DNA of 35,486 bases, taken from the NCBI GenBank assembly GCA_049791695.1, contig JBARAF010000016.1, positions 1-35,486 of the forward strand, read 5' to 3'. The position numbers were made by a program, and so were the translations under genes. The notes under the pieces were generated by a model. That model did not search any database. It was not told the origin of the DNA and was given only the letters and a program-made list of their open reading frames with translations. Positions 1-8,948 of the stretch are shown here, piece by piece; position 1 is the stretch's first letter, and the number at the start of each line of letters is the position of its first letter. The stretch comes from Croceibacterium sp. GTDB taxonomy: Bacteria > Pseudomonadota > Alphaproteobacteria > Sphingomonadales > Sphingomonadaceae.

Positions 1-1113
1 CGGCCTGTCGACGAGCTGAAGAAATCGCTGAACAGCGAAATTCGCCGCGGGAACTGGACGGTGGCGGCAGCAACGAAAGACGCGCAGGCGCTGATCAGCA
101 CTGCCTCCTACGCCTCGGTCGGCGGGCTCGCACTGGCGCTGATTTTCCTGTTTGCAGTGCAGTACCTGCTGCAGGTGCGCCTGCGCCCGGCGCTGAAGCA
201 GCTGGAGCAAGGGGCACGCGCCTTCGGCCAGGGTGATCTCGATCACCGGGTCGGGCTTGCCGGGTTCGATGAACTGTCCCGCCTGTCCAGCGCGTTCGAT
301 GCGATGGCGGCCACAATCGCGGAAAAGCAGGATGCACTGCGCGAGATTCAGCACAGCCTGGAACGCTGCGTGGCAGAACGTACCGAGGAACTCGAACAGG
401 CGAATGGCAAGCTTGCCGCCGCTGATGAGCGGCGCCGAGCTTTCCTGGCGGATGTGAGCCATGAATTGCGTACGCCGCTGACGATCATTCGCGGTGAAGC
501 GCAGGTTGCCCTGCGCACAGTGGACCGGACCGGCTTCGAACCGCACGAAGCGTTCGAGCGGATCCTGCAACAGACGCACGACCTCAGCCGTATGGTGGAC
601 GATCTGCTGGTGATTGCGGTGGCGGAAGCCGGGCACCTGCCGCTGGAACGCGAACTGCTCGACTTGCGCGAGCTTGGCGGCAGGCTCGCTGGCGATTTCG
701 ATACGCTGGTCAGCGAAATGGGCGGTTCGATCGGACCGGTCGCCGGACCGGCGGTGTTCGCCTCGGTCGACCGCGACCGGTTGCGCCGCGCCCTCGCCGC
801 ACTGATCGAAAACTCGCTGCGCCATTCGCCGCGCGGCGTGGCGCTGGCCATTACGGTTGGCACCAGCGGCGACTGTGCGGCCATCTCCGTCAGTGACAAC
901 GGGCCGGGCCTCGATTTCGCCCAGGCAAACCGCCTGTTCGAACGCTTTCACCGCGGCGAAACGCGCGGTGAAGGCTCCGGTCTGGGGTTGAGCCTGGTCC
1001 ACGCACTGGTTCAGGCCCATGGCGGCCGTACCGAGCTGGCTCCGCGTCCCGGCGGCGGCACAATCGCAACGCTGTACTTCCCGCTGACCGTATCTGACCG
1101 GGTGGCCGCCTGA
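1..1113 (+). CDS. HAMP-domain sensor histidine kinase (5' partial)
   Basis: Frame is open from base 1. It has a TM helix, HAMP, the H-box DVSHELRTPL, and HATPase motifs (ENSLRH, DNGPG, GSGLGL). The stop overlaps the regulator start (TGATG). Confidence 0.93.
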   Translation, partial: RPVDELKKSLNSEIRRGNWTVAAATKDAQALISTASYASVGGLALALIFLFAVQYLLQVRLRPALKQLEQGARAFGQGDLDHRVGLAGFDELSRLSSAFDAMAATIAEKQDALREIQHSLERCVAERTEELEQANGKLAAADERRRAFLADVSHELRTPLTIIRGEAQVALRTVDRTGFEPHEAFERILQQTHDLSRMVDDLLVIAVAEAGHLPLERELLDLRELGGRLAGDFDTLVSEMGGSIGPVAGPAVFASVDRDRLRRALAALIENSLRHSPRGVALAITVGTSGDCAAISVSDNGPGLDFAQANRLFERFHRGETRGEGSGLGLSLVHALVQAHGGRTELAPRPGGGTIATLYFPLTVSDRVAA

Positions 1114-1796
1114 TGGAACTGCTGCTGGTCGAAGATGACGAACGCGTCAGCCGGTTTGTCCGCCGCGGGCTGGAGGCAGAGGGTTATTCCGTCACCGCCG
1201 CGTGGGACGGCGTCACCGGCCTGCACCGGGCGAAAGCCGAAAGCTACGACGTGTTGATCCTGGACGTCATGCTGCCGGGCCTGAGTGGCCGCGAGGTATG
1301 CCGGCAATTGCGGAAAGCGGAGGTGTCCACGCCGATCCTGATGCTGACCGCGCTCGACCACACCGATGACAAGGTGGAATGCCTGCGCGGCGGAGCGGAC
1401 GATTATCTGACCAAGCCGTTCGATTTTGAGGAACTGCTCGCCCGGCTTGAAGCGCTGGCCCGGCGCAGGCGCGGCTTCGCCAGCGAACCGACGACCGTGC
1501 TGGAAGTGGGCAATGTCCGCATCGATCGCGAATCGATGCGCGTACTGCTGGACGGGGAGCCGGTGGAACTGACCGCCAAGGAATACCAACTGCTCGAACT
1601 GCTGCTGTCGTCACCCGGACGGGTGTTCAGCCGCACGCGGATCCTGAACAAGATCTGGGGCTACGATTCCGATCCGCTGACCAATGTTGTCGATGTGTAC
1701 ATCCGCCGCCTGCGCGGAAAAATGCGCTGGGACCGCGATACCGGCTGGATCCGGACAATCAGAAGCTACGGCTACCGCCTCGATCCGGCGTCCTGA
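1113..1796 (+). CDS. OmpR/PhoB-family response regulator
   Basis: Receiver domain (LLVEDD, ILDVMLP, LTA, KPF) followed by a winged-helix domain (LTAKEYQLL, VVDVYIRRLR, TIRSYGY). Confidence 0.95.
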   Translation: MELLLVEDDERVSRFVRRGLEAEGYSVTAAWDGVTGLHRAKAESYDVLILDVMLPGLSGREVCRQLRKAEVSTPILMLTALDHTDDKVECLRGGADDYLTKPFDFEELLARLEALARRRRGFASEPTTVLEVGNVRIDRESMRVLLDGEPVELTAKEYQLLELLLSSPGRVFSRTRILNKIWGYDSDPLTNVVDVYIRRLRGKMRWDRDTGWIRTIRSYGYRLDPAS

Positions 1797-1901
1797 GCCC
1801 AATCCCGCCTTCACAACCTTGTCCAATACGCACAGCGCGGGAGGCCTGGCGTCGCCAAGCCCAAAATGCAGTTCTCGGGTTGGTGATTGTCGGCGAAGGC
1901 C

Positions 1902-1936
1902 GGCGGACAGGGAAATGGAGCGGGTGAAGGGAATCG
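1902..1936 (-). repeat. Distal att site of island 1 (displaced tRNA-Gly 3' fragment)
   Basis: ggcggacagggaaatggagcgggtgaagggaatcg is identical to 12547-12581. Confidence 0.93.
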
Positions 1937-1992
1937 CGGAATTGCCATGAAAATGCGCTATTCTGCCATTCTTCGGCAGACTAATTCACGAG

Positions 1993-2014
1993 ATACCCCC
2001 AATCATACCCCCAA
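1993..2014. repeat. Integrase arm-type binding sites, distal end of island 1
   Basis: Two ATACCCCCAA units 12 bp apart. The 18-mer cccccaatcataccccca (1996-2013) recurs exactly at 12430-12447. Confidence 0.7.
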
Positions 2015-2054
2015 ATGCTCCGGCTGGCGGCGGATAAGCGCGGACAAATCGTGG

Positions 2055-4607
2055 TCAGTTTTGCAGGAACACCATCTGGCGAATCGCAAAGGGGCGTAGC
2101 GGCTGGATCAAGTTCAGTGCCTCATTGAAGCCCATCTGAACCAACCCTTTGTCGCTATCGCAGGCCCAAAACACGTTCTTGTATTCCCGGTGCTGGACCT
2201 GAATCTTGAGCCGGTTCTTGTCACTGTGCAGGCGGCCATCCTCGCCATCGTCCTTGATCTCCACCAGAGCGATGCCGTCGCGGCTTGTCCGGCCCTTGAT
2301 GCCAACCGCGAAGTCCGGGAAGAACCGAGCTCCAGTTGGCAGCATCATGCGGGTTGCCCAAAGTTCGTTCTCAGGGTTGCGCAACCACCACTGCACCGTG
2401 CCGGATGTGTCGGCGTCCAGCATTTCGGCAAAGGCACGCTCCGGCTTATTCATCCGGCTGGGGAACACGCCATGCGATGCTTTGTGCGCAATGGTCAGAT
2501 CGGCGTAATCGAAGATCGTTTCGGGAATGGGGATGGTATCGTCCAGCCGCGCGCGTTTGCCCTGTTCAACCTTGATCGCGGCCATCAGCGCATCGGGTTC
2601 GCGCATGACGGCTAGCTGGGTCGTGCGTCGCAAGTCCTGATCGGTGAACGAATAGCCACCGTCTTCGGCGCGAGCGCGCAGCGCGGCAACCAGCGCACGT
2701 TCAAGGTGACGCGGATCAATCGAATCGTTCAACTGGAAGGCTGCTTGCGCGCGTTCGGCAACGCGGGCGTTCGAGATTTTCAGGCTGAGTGAAACTTCCC
2801 GTTCTTCCCCTTCGATAAACAGGTCGCGCAGGCTCATGGAAGCCCGGCTCAGGGTCTGACCCAGCTTGCCCACAAGGGCGGACTGATCGCAGAATGCGTT
2901 GGCAACATCGCTCAGGAAAACCGGGTCGCTCAGTTGCCGGTAATCCAGCGGGTGTTCCTGCCAGAGCGCAGCGGGTAACCCCAGATCGCGGTTTAGCCGA
3001 TAGGCAGTCTGCTTGGTCGGCTTGGGCGGCGCGCTGGGTCCGGCATGTTCGGGCAGGTTGCCGAACAAGGGGGTCTGGCTGGCCAGCCGCGCCGTTTCTC
3101 CGGCAACGATGGCGCGGTCCACCACGTCCGGGGTCATATCCCGGACATGCGCATCGATCACGCCTTCGTCGATCAGGATGTCCAGACGGCTTTGCCGCTC
3201 CGCGTCATCGGCTGGCGTCGGCGGGACATAGGCGGTCAGCCGGTGCGCGTCAGACAGCAGCAACGGTTGCGCGGGCGGAACTGCGCCATATTCCACCACG
3301 TCGAGCTGATCGGACAGCACAGTCAGGCTTTGGCGAACCGCCTTCAGTTCATCGACGGCGGAACTAAGCCCGGCCTGCATGTCCGGGTCGGTCAGGAAGA
3401 CATAGCCCTTGTCCAGCAAGGCATCCTGCCCATGCAGCGGGCGCACTAGCGGATGCACGCGCATGATGCGCCCGACAATCTGCAAGCCAAAGCCGGTGCC
3501 GCGATTGGGGCGGACGGAAACGAGCGTCCAGGCGCGCGGTGCGTCAAAACCGGTGGCCACCGCAACCTTGAAAATCAGGATTTGCTTGGAATGGTCATAG
3601 GCCATCATGTGGAAATCGGCGTCCGGCTGGCCCGACGTGTGGACGGCGATCAGGTCTTCCCGCACGCCCTGAATTTCCAGAAGCTTGGCCTTGACGCGGG
3701 CCACCGGGTCTTCCCCGCCCGTGGCCTGATCTTCCACCTGCACCAGCATCAGCGGGACAACGCCAATGTCCTTGTCTTCCAGCCGCGCGCAAATCTGGCG
3801 ATGCTGGGTCCAGCCAGCGGTCAACGTGGCCTGTTCGAAATCGATCAGGGCTTCGTCGCCGGGGTTCATCCGCAGATAGCCCAGCATCAGGCCCCACTTG
3901 TTGAGGCCCGCCCGGACAACGCGGTCGCGGTCGATCACCACCCGGCTTTGCACTTCCACGCCAGCCGCCTTTTCAAAGGCAACCAGTTTTTCGTCATTGG
4001 GCGTGGCCGTGGCCAGCAGGGTGAAATCGGGTTGCAGCACGTCGAGATAGAACGAAGCCGCTGCCCCGGCGGAGACGCCGAAGTTGAGGTGCGCTTCATC
4101 GATGACCACGCCGATGGCCACGCCTTCGGCGCGCAGCGTCGCCAGCATATCGTCCAGCGAGAGGGAATCCTCGCGCGTCCGGCGCACCCGCTTGGCGTCC
4201 TTGTTGTTGGCGGCAACCGCGCCCCAAGTCTGGACGAACACGTCGCCATCCCGCACGCCTTGCGCCGAACGGTCAGCGGTCAGATCGCGCAGACGGATGC
4301 CGGGGCACTGTTCGGCCAGGCTATCCAGCGTCTGAGTGACTAGCCCAGAATAGGGGGCGAACCAGAACCACACGCACTTCATCGGCAGCTTGCCGATAGT
4401 GCCTTCGATGGTGCGCCCCAGCATCAGCGTCTTGCCGGACCCGGTTGGCGCTTGCAGCAGCAGCGTGCCGCTTTTCAGCGCGATCTCGCGACGATGATCG
4501 GGGCGCGTATCGATATGCTCCGCCACGCGGCTGATCGTCGCGCCCAGGGCATCGACGGCTTCGTCCTGAAAATCCGCAAGGCTGTGAAGGGAGGATGCGC
4601 CGGTCAT
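2055..4607 (-). CDS. res: Type III R-M-like Res subunit (SF2 helicase plus C-terminal PD-(D/E)xK nuclease)
   Basis: Walker A APTGSGKT, DEAH, GFDAPR, QIVGRIMR, and C-terminal FFPDF...VEIKD. Overlaps the mod stop (ATGA). Confidence 0.85.
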   Translation of the reverse strand: MTGASSLHSLADFQDEAVDALGATISRVAEHIDTRPDHRREIALKSGTLLLQAPTGSGKTLMLGRTIEGTIGKLPMKCVWFWFAPYSGLVTQTLDSLAEQCPGIRLRDLTADRSAQGVRDGDVFVQTWGAVAANNKDAKRVRRTREDSLSLDDMLATLRAEGVAIGVVIDEAHLNFGVSAGAAASFYLDVLQPDFTLLATATPNDEKLVAFEKAAGVEVQSRVVIDRDRVVRAGLNKWGLMLGYLRMNPGDEALIDFEQATLTAGWTQHRQICARLEDKDIGVVPLMLVQVEDQATGGEDPVARVKAKLLEIQGVREDLIAVHTSGQPDADFHMMAYDHSKQILIFKVAVATGFDAPRAWTLVSVRPNRGTGFGLQIVGRIMRVHPLVRPLHGQDALLDKGYVFLTDPDMQAGLSSAVDELKAVRQSLTVLSDQLDVVEYGAVPPAQPLLLSDAHRLTAYVPPTPADDAERQSRLDILIDEGVIDAHVRDMTPDVVDRAIVAGETARLASQTPLFGNLPEHAGPSAPPKPTKQTAYRLNRDLGLPAALWQEHPLDYRQLSDPVFLSDVANAFCDQSALVGKLGQTLSRASMSLRDLFIEGEEREVSLSLKISNARVAERAQAAFQLNDSIDPRHLERALVAALRARAEDGGYSFTDQDLRRTTQLAVMREPDALMAAIKVEQGKRARLDDTIPIPETIFDYADLTIAHKASHGVFPSRMNKPERAFAEMLDADTSGTVQWWLRNPENELWATRMMLPTGARFFPDFAVGIKGRTSRDGIALVEIKDDGEDGRLHSDKNRLKIQVQHREYKNVFWACDSDKGLVQMGFNEALNLIQPLRPFAIRQMVFLQN

Positions 4608-6421
4608 TGCTGGAACCTCTTGACCAGCGTTTCGCGCACCGGGCGGATTTCGAAATCGACCGGTCCCAGCGCGGTCTTCAACTGGCCCGGCGTCCAGCTA
4701 TAGACAAAGGCGTTGGCGCGGGCGGCGGCCAAGGCTTGCAAACGGGCGATCAGGGCTTCGTCGGTCCGGTCGGCAAGGATCAGCGTCACATCTTCGCCCG
4801 TATGTTCGTTCCACGCGCGGCTGGCGTCATATCGGGTGAGCGGCATGTCGTGCATGGCTTCCAGCGCGGTCCACGCCTCTGCCGGGTCCAGTTCGGCATT
4901 CAGCGCGTCGAAATCGATCTCCCGCGTGCGCAGATAGGCAAATTCGGCAGACAAGTCTGCATATTTGCCAGTGCTCGCAGCATTCAGCCGCCGAATGCGT
5001 TCGGCGGTCACATCGCGGCACAGGTTCTTGTCAGGTTCGCTCGCGGTTGCTTCGGTGGACGACACCATGATGAAGCGGCGCGAACCGGCATCACCGGCGT
5101 TCACTTCCATGACGGCCTGCGCCGTGGTTGCGGACCCGGCGAAGAAATCCAGCACGAGGTCGCCCGAGTTTGTCGATTGGCGAACCAGTTCGCGGATCAG
5201 CGAAACCGGCTTGGCATAGTTGAACGCTTTTTCGCCAAACACGTCCTTGATGACCTTTGCGCCTTCATCGTTCGTGCCGGAAACGATGGCGTTTGCCCCT
5301 TCATCCACCGTGCCTTCTTCGGATCGCGGTGTGATCCAGCTAGACAGCGGCTGGGTCGCGTTGCGCAGGTCTTTCTTGTAACGCTTGAAGCGAGGCGTGC
5401 CAAAGCCAACTGGCTTGCCAACCCAGAAATCCAGATCGGGCAAATCTTCGCGAAGCATCGGCGCGCGCCCTGTCATCGGCACATCGCCAGCACGGATGGC
5501 CGTCAGCAAGTCTTCCTTGCTGTGCCACGTTTCGACGCGCTGCTGATCGGGGAACAGAATCTGCCCGCGCTCGATAAATTCTTCCATTGGGCGCGCTTGC
5601 ACCCGCTGGCCCGATTTTAGCCGGTCGCGTGACGCATAGACCCAGATTCTGTCAGGGTTTGGTGGATAGAAAATGCCCGTTTTCGGGTCGCGAAGCGGAT
5701 AGTAGAGATTAGGCCGCTCAATGTAATTGAAACCCAGTGTCAAATTGTCTGATTGCCAATCACCGTTTGGGTCGTTGTCTGGATTGGTATACATTTCATA
5801 AGTCTTGGCATTTCCCGAAAACCGGAAACCGCGATGGCCATAGGCCAGAACATGTTCATGATCGGGACTGAGGAATGAACCCTGATCGGCGTTCGATCCC
5901 TGCCGCGTCCGCCAGACAAAGCTGCCCAGTCGCATCCCTGGCAGGGCTTCGTCCATCAGCAATTCCAGCTTGGCGCGGTTCTCGTCGTTGATCGAAACGA
6001 GGATCACGCCGTCATTGGCTAGTAGGTCGCGCGCCAGCCTCAGACGCTGAAAGAGAAATTCCAGCCAGGTGGAATGACGATAGCGATCATTCGGATCGAT
6101 GTAGTGATCGTTATAGACCCAGTCCTTGTTGCCTGTGTTATAGGGCGGATCGATGTAGATGCACTTCACCCGGTGGGCATATGTCATGCGCAGCCAGCGC
6201 AGCGCGTCGAAATTGTCGCCTTCGATCACCAGATTGCGCCACGGCTCCGCGCCGTCCGAAAGCACCGGATCGATGGCGCAAGCAATGAAATTGGCATCGA
6301 TGGCGGCGTCCGCTTCGATCTCGTCCCGCTCCCAGACCAGACCCAGCTTCTTTTCGGCGTCTTTCTTGCGCAGCAGGCTGACCAGTTGGGCTTGAGACAG
6401 CGTTTCGTAATGATCGGCCAA
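4604..6421 (-). CDS. mod: Type III Mod / beta-class amino DNA methyltransferase
   Basis: IEGDN, then catalytic motif IYIDPPYN ahead of SAM motif VLDFFAGSATT. TTG start. Confidence 0.9.
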   Translation of the reverse strand: MADHYETLSQAQLVSLLRKKDAEKKLGLVWERDEIEADAAIDANFIACAIDPVLSDGAEPWRNLVIEGDNFDALRWLRMTYAHRVKCIYIDPPYNTGNKDWVYNDHYIDPNDRYRHSTWLEFLFQRLRLARDLLANDGVILVSINDENRAKLELLMDEALPGMRLGSFVWRTRQGSNADQGSFLSPDHEHVLAYGHRGFRFSGNAKTYEMYTNPDNDPNGDWQSDNLTLGFNYIERPNLYYPLRDPKTGIFYPPNPDRIWVYASRDRLKSGQRVQARPMEEFIERGQILFPDQQRVETWHSKEDLLTAIRAGDVPMTGRAPMLREDLPDLDFWVGKPVGFGTPRFKRYKKDLRNATQPLSSWITPRSEEGTVDEGANAIVSGTNDEGAKVIKDVFGEKAFNYAKPVSLIRELVRQSTNSGDLVLDFFAGSATTAQAVMEVNAGDAGSRRFIMVSSTEATASEPDKNLCRDVTAERIRRLNAASTGKYADLSAEFAYLRTREIDFDALNAELDPAEAWTALEAMHDMPLTRYDASRAWNEHTGEDVTLILADRTDEALIARLQALAAARANAFVYSWTPGQLKTALGPVDFEIRPVRETLVKRFQQ

Positions 6422-6549
6422 CTGACCCTACCCCTTTCGGCTGGTTCCCCTGAACCACCCCTGCACCCAAGACCCGCCTTGTCTAGCAGCGCCCCGGGTG
6501 CGCCGCCAAGGTGCCAGCGGCGCTCTGTCCCCGTTTGCGGGGCGCGATC

Positions 6550-6644
6550 TTGATGATCGCCAATTCAACACAAGCCAGTTTGATGATCGTGAAAATGGGT
6601 TTCGCTTACATCAAGCTGGCTTGCTGTGATTCCACGATCATCAA
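6550..6644. repeat. 95-bp imperfect inverted repeat between fic and mod
   Basis: Arms 6550-6585 and 6609-6644 both read TTGATGATCG-N11-CAAGCCAG-Y-TTGATG in inverted orientation, with a 23-bp spacer. The right arm contains the fic stop. Confidence 0.75.
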
Positions 6645-7759
6645 AAGGCGTTGTGCCCTTCCGCGATGTTCAGCAGCTGCGCAAAGGCGAAAACGGCGGA
6701 ACGACGGCCCGATGCCGGTGCCAGTTCCATCAACAAGCCATGATCGCGCAGCTTGCGCACGATGCCGCGCGCTGTGGCCGGGGGAATAGCCGCTGATTCG
6801 ATGAAATCGGGCGTGCTGAAAATGGGGTGCACGAACATCCAGTCCAGCGCGCGAATGCCATATTGGGAATGGGTAGCATCCACGATCCAATCGCGCAGTT
6901 CGCCATGCAGGGCCAGGATTTTGCTCGCCTTGCCAATATTGACTTCGGCCTGCGCGGCAACCGCCCGCAGGAAAAAGGCTACCCAGCCAGTCCAGTCGCC
7001 ATCGCGGGAAATGGCCAGCAGGCGGTCGTAATATTCGGCCCGGTGCGCTTCTAGATACTCCGACAGGTAGAAATTGGGTTGCGACAATAGGCCATGCGAA
7101 TGGAGAAACAGCGGCACGATCAAGCGCCCCAGCCGGCCATTGCCATCGAGAAACGGGTGGATCGCTTCAAATTCCGCGTGGACGATGGCTAGCTGCACCA
7201 GCCGGTCGGGCGCATCGCCATGAATGTAGCTTTCCCAGGCATACATGCAGCCCGGCAGGGCGTCTGCACCACAGGGCACGAAGCGCGCCTGTTCGACCGT
7301 GCAGCCTTCCGGGCCGATCCAGTTGGGAATCTTGCGGTATTCGCCAGGGTCTTTGTTGCGCCCGCGCACACCGTCCATCAGCACCCGGTGCGCGGCCCGT
7401 ATCAGGCGCTGCGAAAGAGGCAGTCCTTCCTTCATCAGCCGCACGGCTTCATTCAGCGCCGCGCGATAATTCAGAACCTCGCGAATATCGGCCTTCTTCG
7501 GAGTGCTTTCATCATCCGGCGCGCCGGCTGCCTCGAATTCAAGCACTTCGCCCAAAGTCGCCTGCGTTCCCTCGATCCGGCTGGACAGCACGGCTTCCTG
7601 CGAGGTGAGCGGCGACAACAGGACGTTGGGGTTGGGAATGCCAGCCAGAACGCCTTCATAGCGGGCAACCGCCGCATTCGCCGGGCCAACAAGCGGAAAC
7701 AGCAGCTCAAGGTTCAGCGGACCGGGCGGAAAGCCGCCAAGATGATAGTTAACCGCCAC
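6641..7759 (-). CDS. Fic-family protein (class II, N-terminal inhibitory motif)
   Basis: Canonical HPFLDGNGRLGR motif and SSRIEG inhibitory motif. Start placed at GTG 7759 behind a GGGAG RBS; ATG 7783 is an alternative. Confidence 0.9.
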   Translation of the reverse strand: MAVNYHLGGFPPGPLNLELLFPLVGPANAAVARYEGVLAGIPNPNVLLSPLTSQEAVLSSRIEGTQATLGEVLEFEAAGAPDDESTPKKADIREVLNYRAALNEAVRLMKEGLPLSQRLIRAAHRVLMDGVRGRNKDPGEYRKIPNWIGPEGCTVEQARFVPCGADALPGCMYAWESYIHGDAPDRLVQLAIVHAEFEAIHPFLDGNGRLGRLIVPLFLHSHGLLSQPNFYLSEYLEAHRAEYYDRLLAISRDGDWTGWVAFFLRAVAAQAEVNIGKASKILALHGELRDWIVDATHSQYGIRALDWMFVHPIFSTPDFIESAAIPPATARGIVRKLRDHGLLMELAPASGRRSAVFAFAQLLNIAEGHNAF

Positions 7760-7817
7760 ACGCACACTCCCTGTTGGGGACATATCTAGCAGCGGGTGCG
7801 GCTGGACGCCAAGGGAC

Positions 7818-8942
7818 TTAGCCCAGCCGGTCACCCGGCAAATTCTGGATGACTGCCAGCACTTGCGCTACTAGCGCCGGATCGATGTTCGCAGCCAGCT
7901 TGCTACCTGCGCTCTTTGCCATGCCCATGCCCCGGATCAATTCGGCTTGCCGGTGCGGGGCGACGGTGCCGTAACTGGTAAGCGTGGTCATCACGCGTTC
8001 GTGTCCCAGATTCTGCGACCAGGCCTTGAACTGCTCCGGCGTGGTGCAGACCTGTTCGCCAAGCTGCACCAGCGTATCGCGCAGAGAATGCGGGTTGTAA
8101 TAGGGCAGGCCAGCCGCCGTGAAGGCATTGCGGAAAATGTCGCGAATTGGCCCGGCCCCCTGCCAGCATTCACCCCTGCGCAGGCCAACGGGCATAAAAC
8201 CGCCGTTCTCGCCAAGCCCAATTTGCGTGGGCGGGAATAGCGGGTCATCGTCACCCCAAAGCATGGTGCTACGCAGGTAATCGCACCAGTCCCGCACAAT
8301 CAGGAGCGCGTCACCGCCAACCGGGAAAAACCACGTCGCGAAGGTCTTGCTGGCTTTGGTCTTCACGTCACGCGCATCCTGATCCACCCGGCCCTGCACC
8401 AGATCGACGTGCTTCAACCGGAACGAGGCCAGCGCCCCGTCACGCGCGCCGGTCAGCAGGGCAAAGGTCACCAACGCCCGGTTGCGCAGCTCGATGGCGG
8501 TTCCGGCTGGCATCGTGGCGATGACGTGGTGGACCTGCTCCAGCGATGGGAACGCCTTGTGCCGCGCCGCCTTGGCGATCCGCACGTCCTTCTCGGTCAG
8601 GTTGAAGTAATCGGCATCGGCATAGGACAGGCGCGACTTGTAACCGGGTTGCCCGGCCAGCCAGACGAAGAACGCGCGCAAAGCGGACAGGGTTGAATTG
8701 ACCGTCGCCCGGCTCAGGGGTTTGCCGGTGCGGGCCGCCGGTTGCTTGTCGAGCTTGTGCTTGAAGGCGACTGCCTGCGCCCGGTGGAAGGTCTTGAAGT
8801 CCTTGTGTCCGTTCGCCTCCTCGAAGCGCGCCAGCGCCTTGGCCACGGCATCGATCGATCCTTCGTCGCGGCGCTGCGCCTCCTTCAGATAAGTGAAGTA
8901 TTCCCGCTTGATCCGGGCGTTCGCGGCATTGTGTTTCGCCAT
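7818..8942 (-). CDS. Second tyrosine recombinase of island 1 (no P4-type arm-binding domain)
   Basis: Catalytic residues appear intact: TGAR, KTK, HSLR, LGH, TSY. Colinear with 26023-27156. Confidence 0.88.
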   Translation of the reverse strand: MAKHNAANARIKREYFTYLKEAQRRDEGSIDAVAKALARFEEANGHKDFKTFHRAQAVAFKHKLDKQPAARTGKPLSRATVNSTLSALRAFFVWLAGQPGYKSRLSYADADYFNLTEKDVRIAKAARHKAFPSLEQVHHVIATMPAGTAIELRNRALVTFALLTGARDGALASFRLKHVDLVQGRVDQDARDVKTKASKTFATWFFPVGGDALLIVRDWCDYLRSTMLWGDDDPLFPPTQIGLGENGGFMPVGLRRGECWQGAGPIRDIFRNAFTAAGLPYYNPHSLRDTLVQLGEQVCTTPEQFKAWSQNLGHERVMTTLTSYGTVAPHRQAELIRGMGMAKSAGSKLAANIDPALVAQVLAVIQNLPGDRLG

Positions 8943-8948
8943 GGTCTG

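Noticed and set aside
1916..1936. Additional tRNA gene or tRNA pseudogene (also 32035-32048)
   Set aside because: Only 3' fragments are present, and they are explained as att duplications.
4604..6421. Phase-variable mod (phasevarion)
   Set aside because: No simple sequence repeat tract was seen in either mod gene, and both frames are intact.
6550..6644. Classical integron attC site
   Set aside because: It lacks RYYYAAC/GTTRRRY ends and the recombinase shows no recognisable IntI features. Kept only as an unexplained palindrome.
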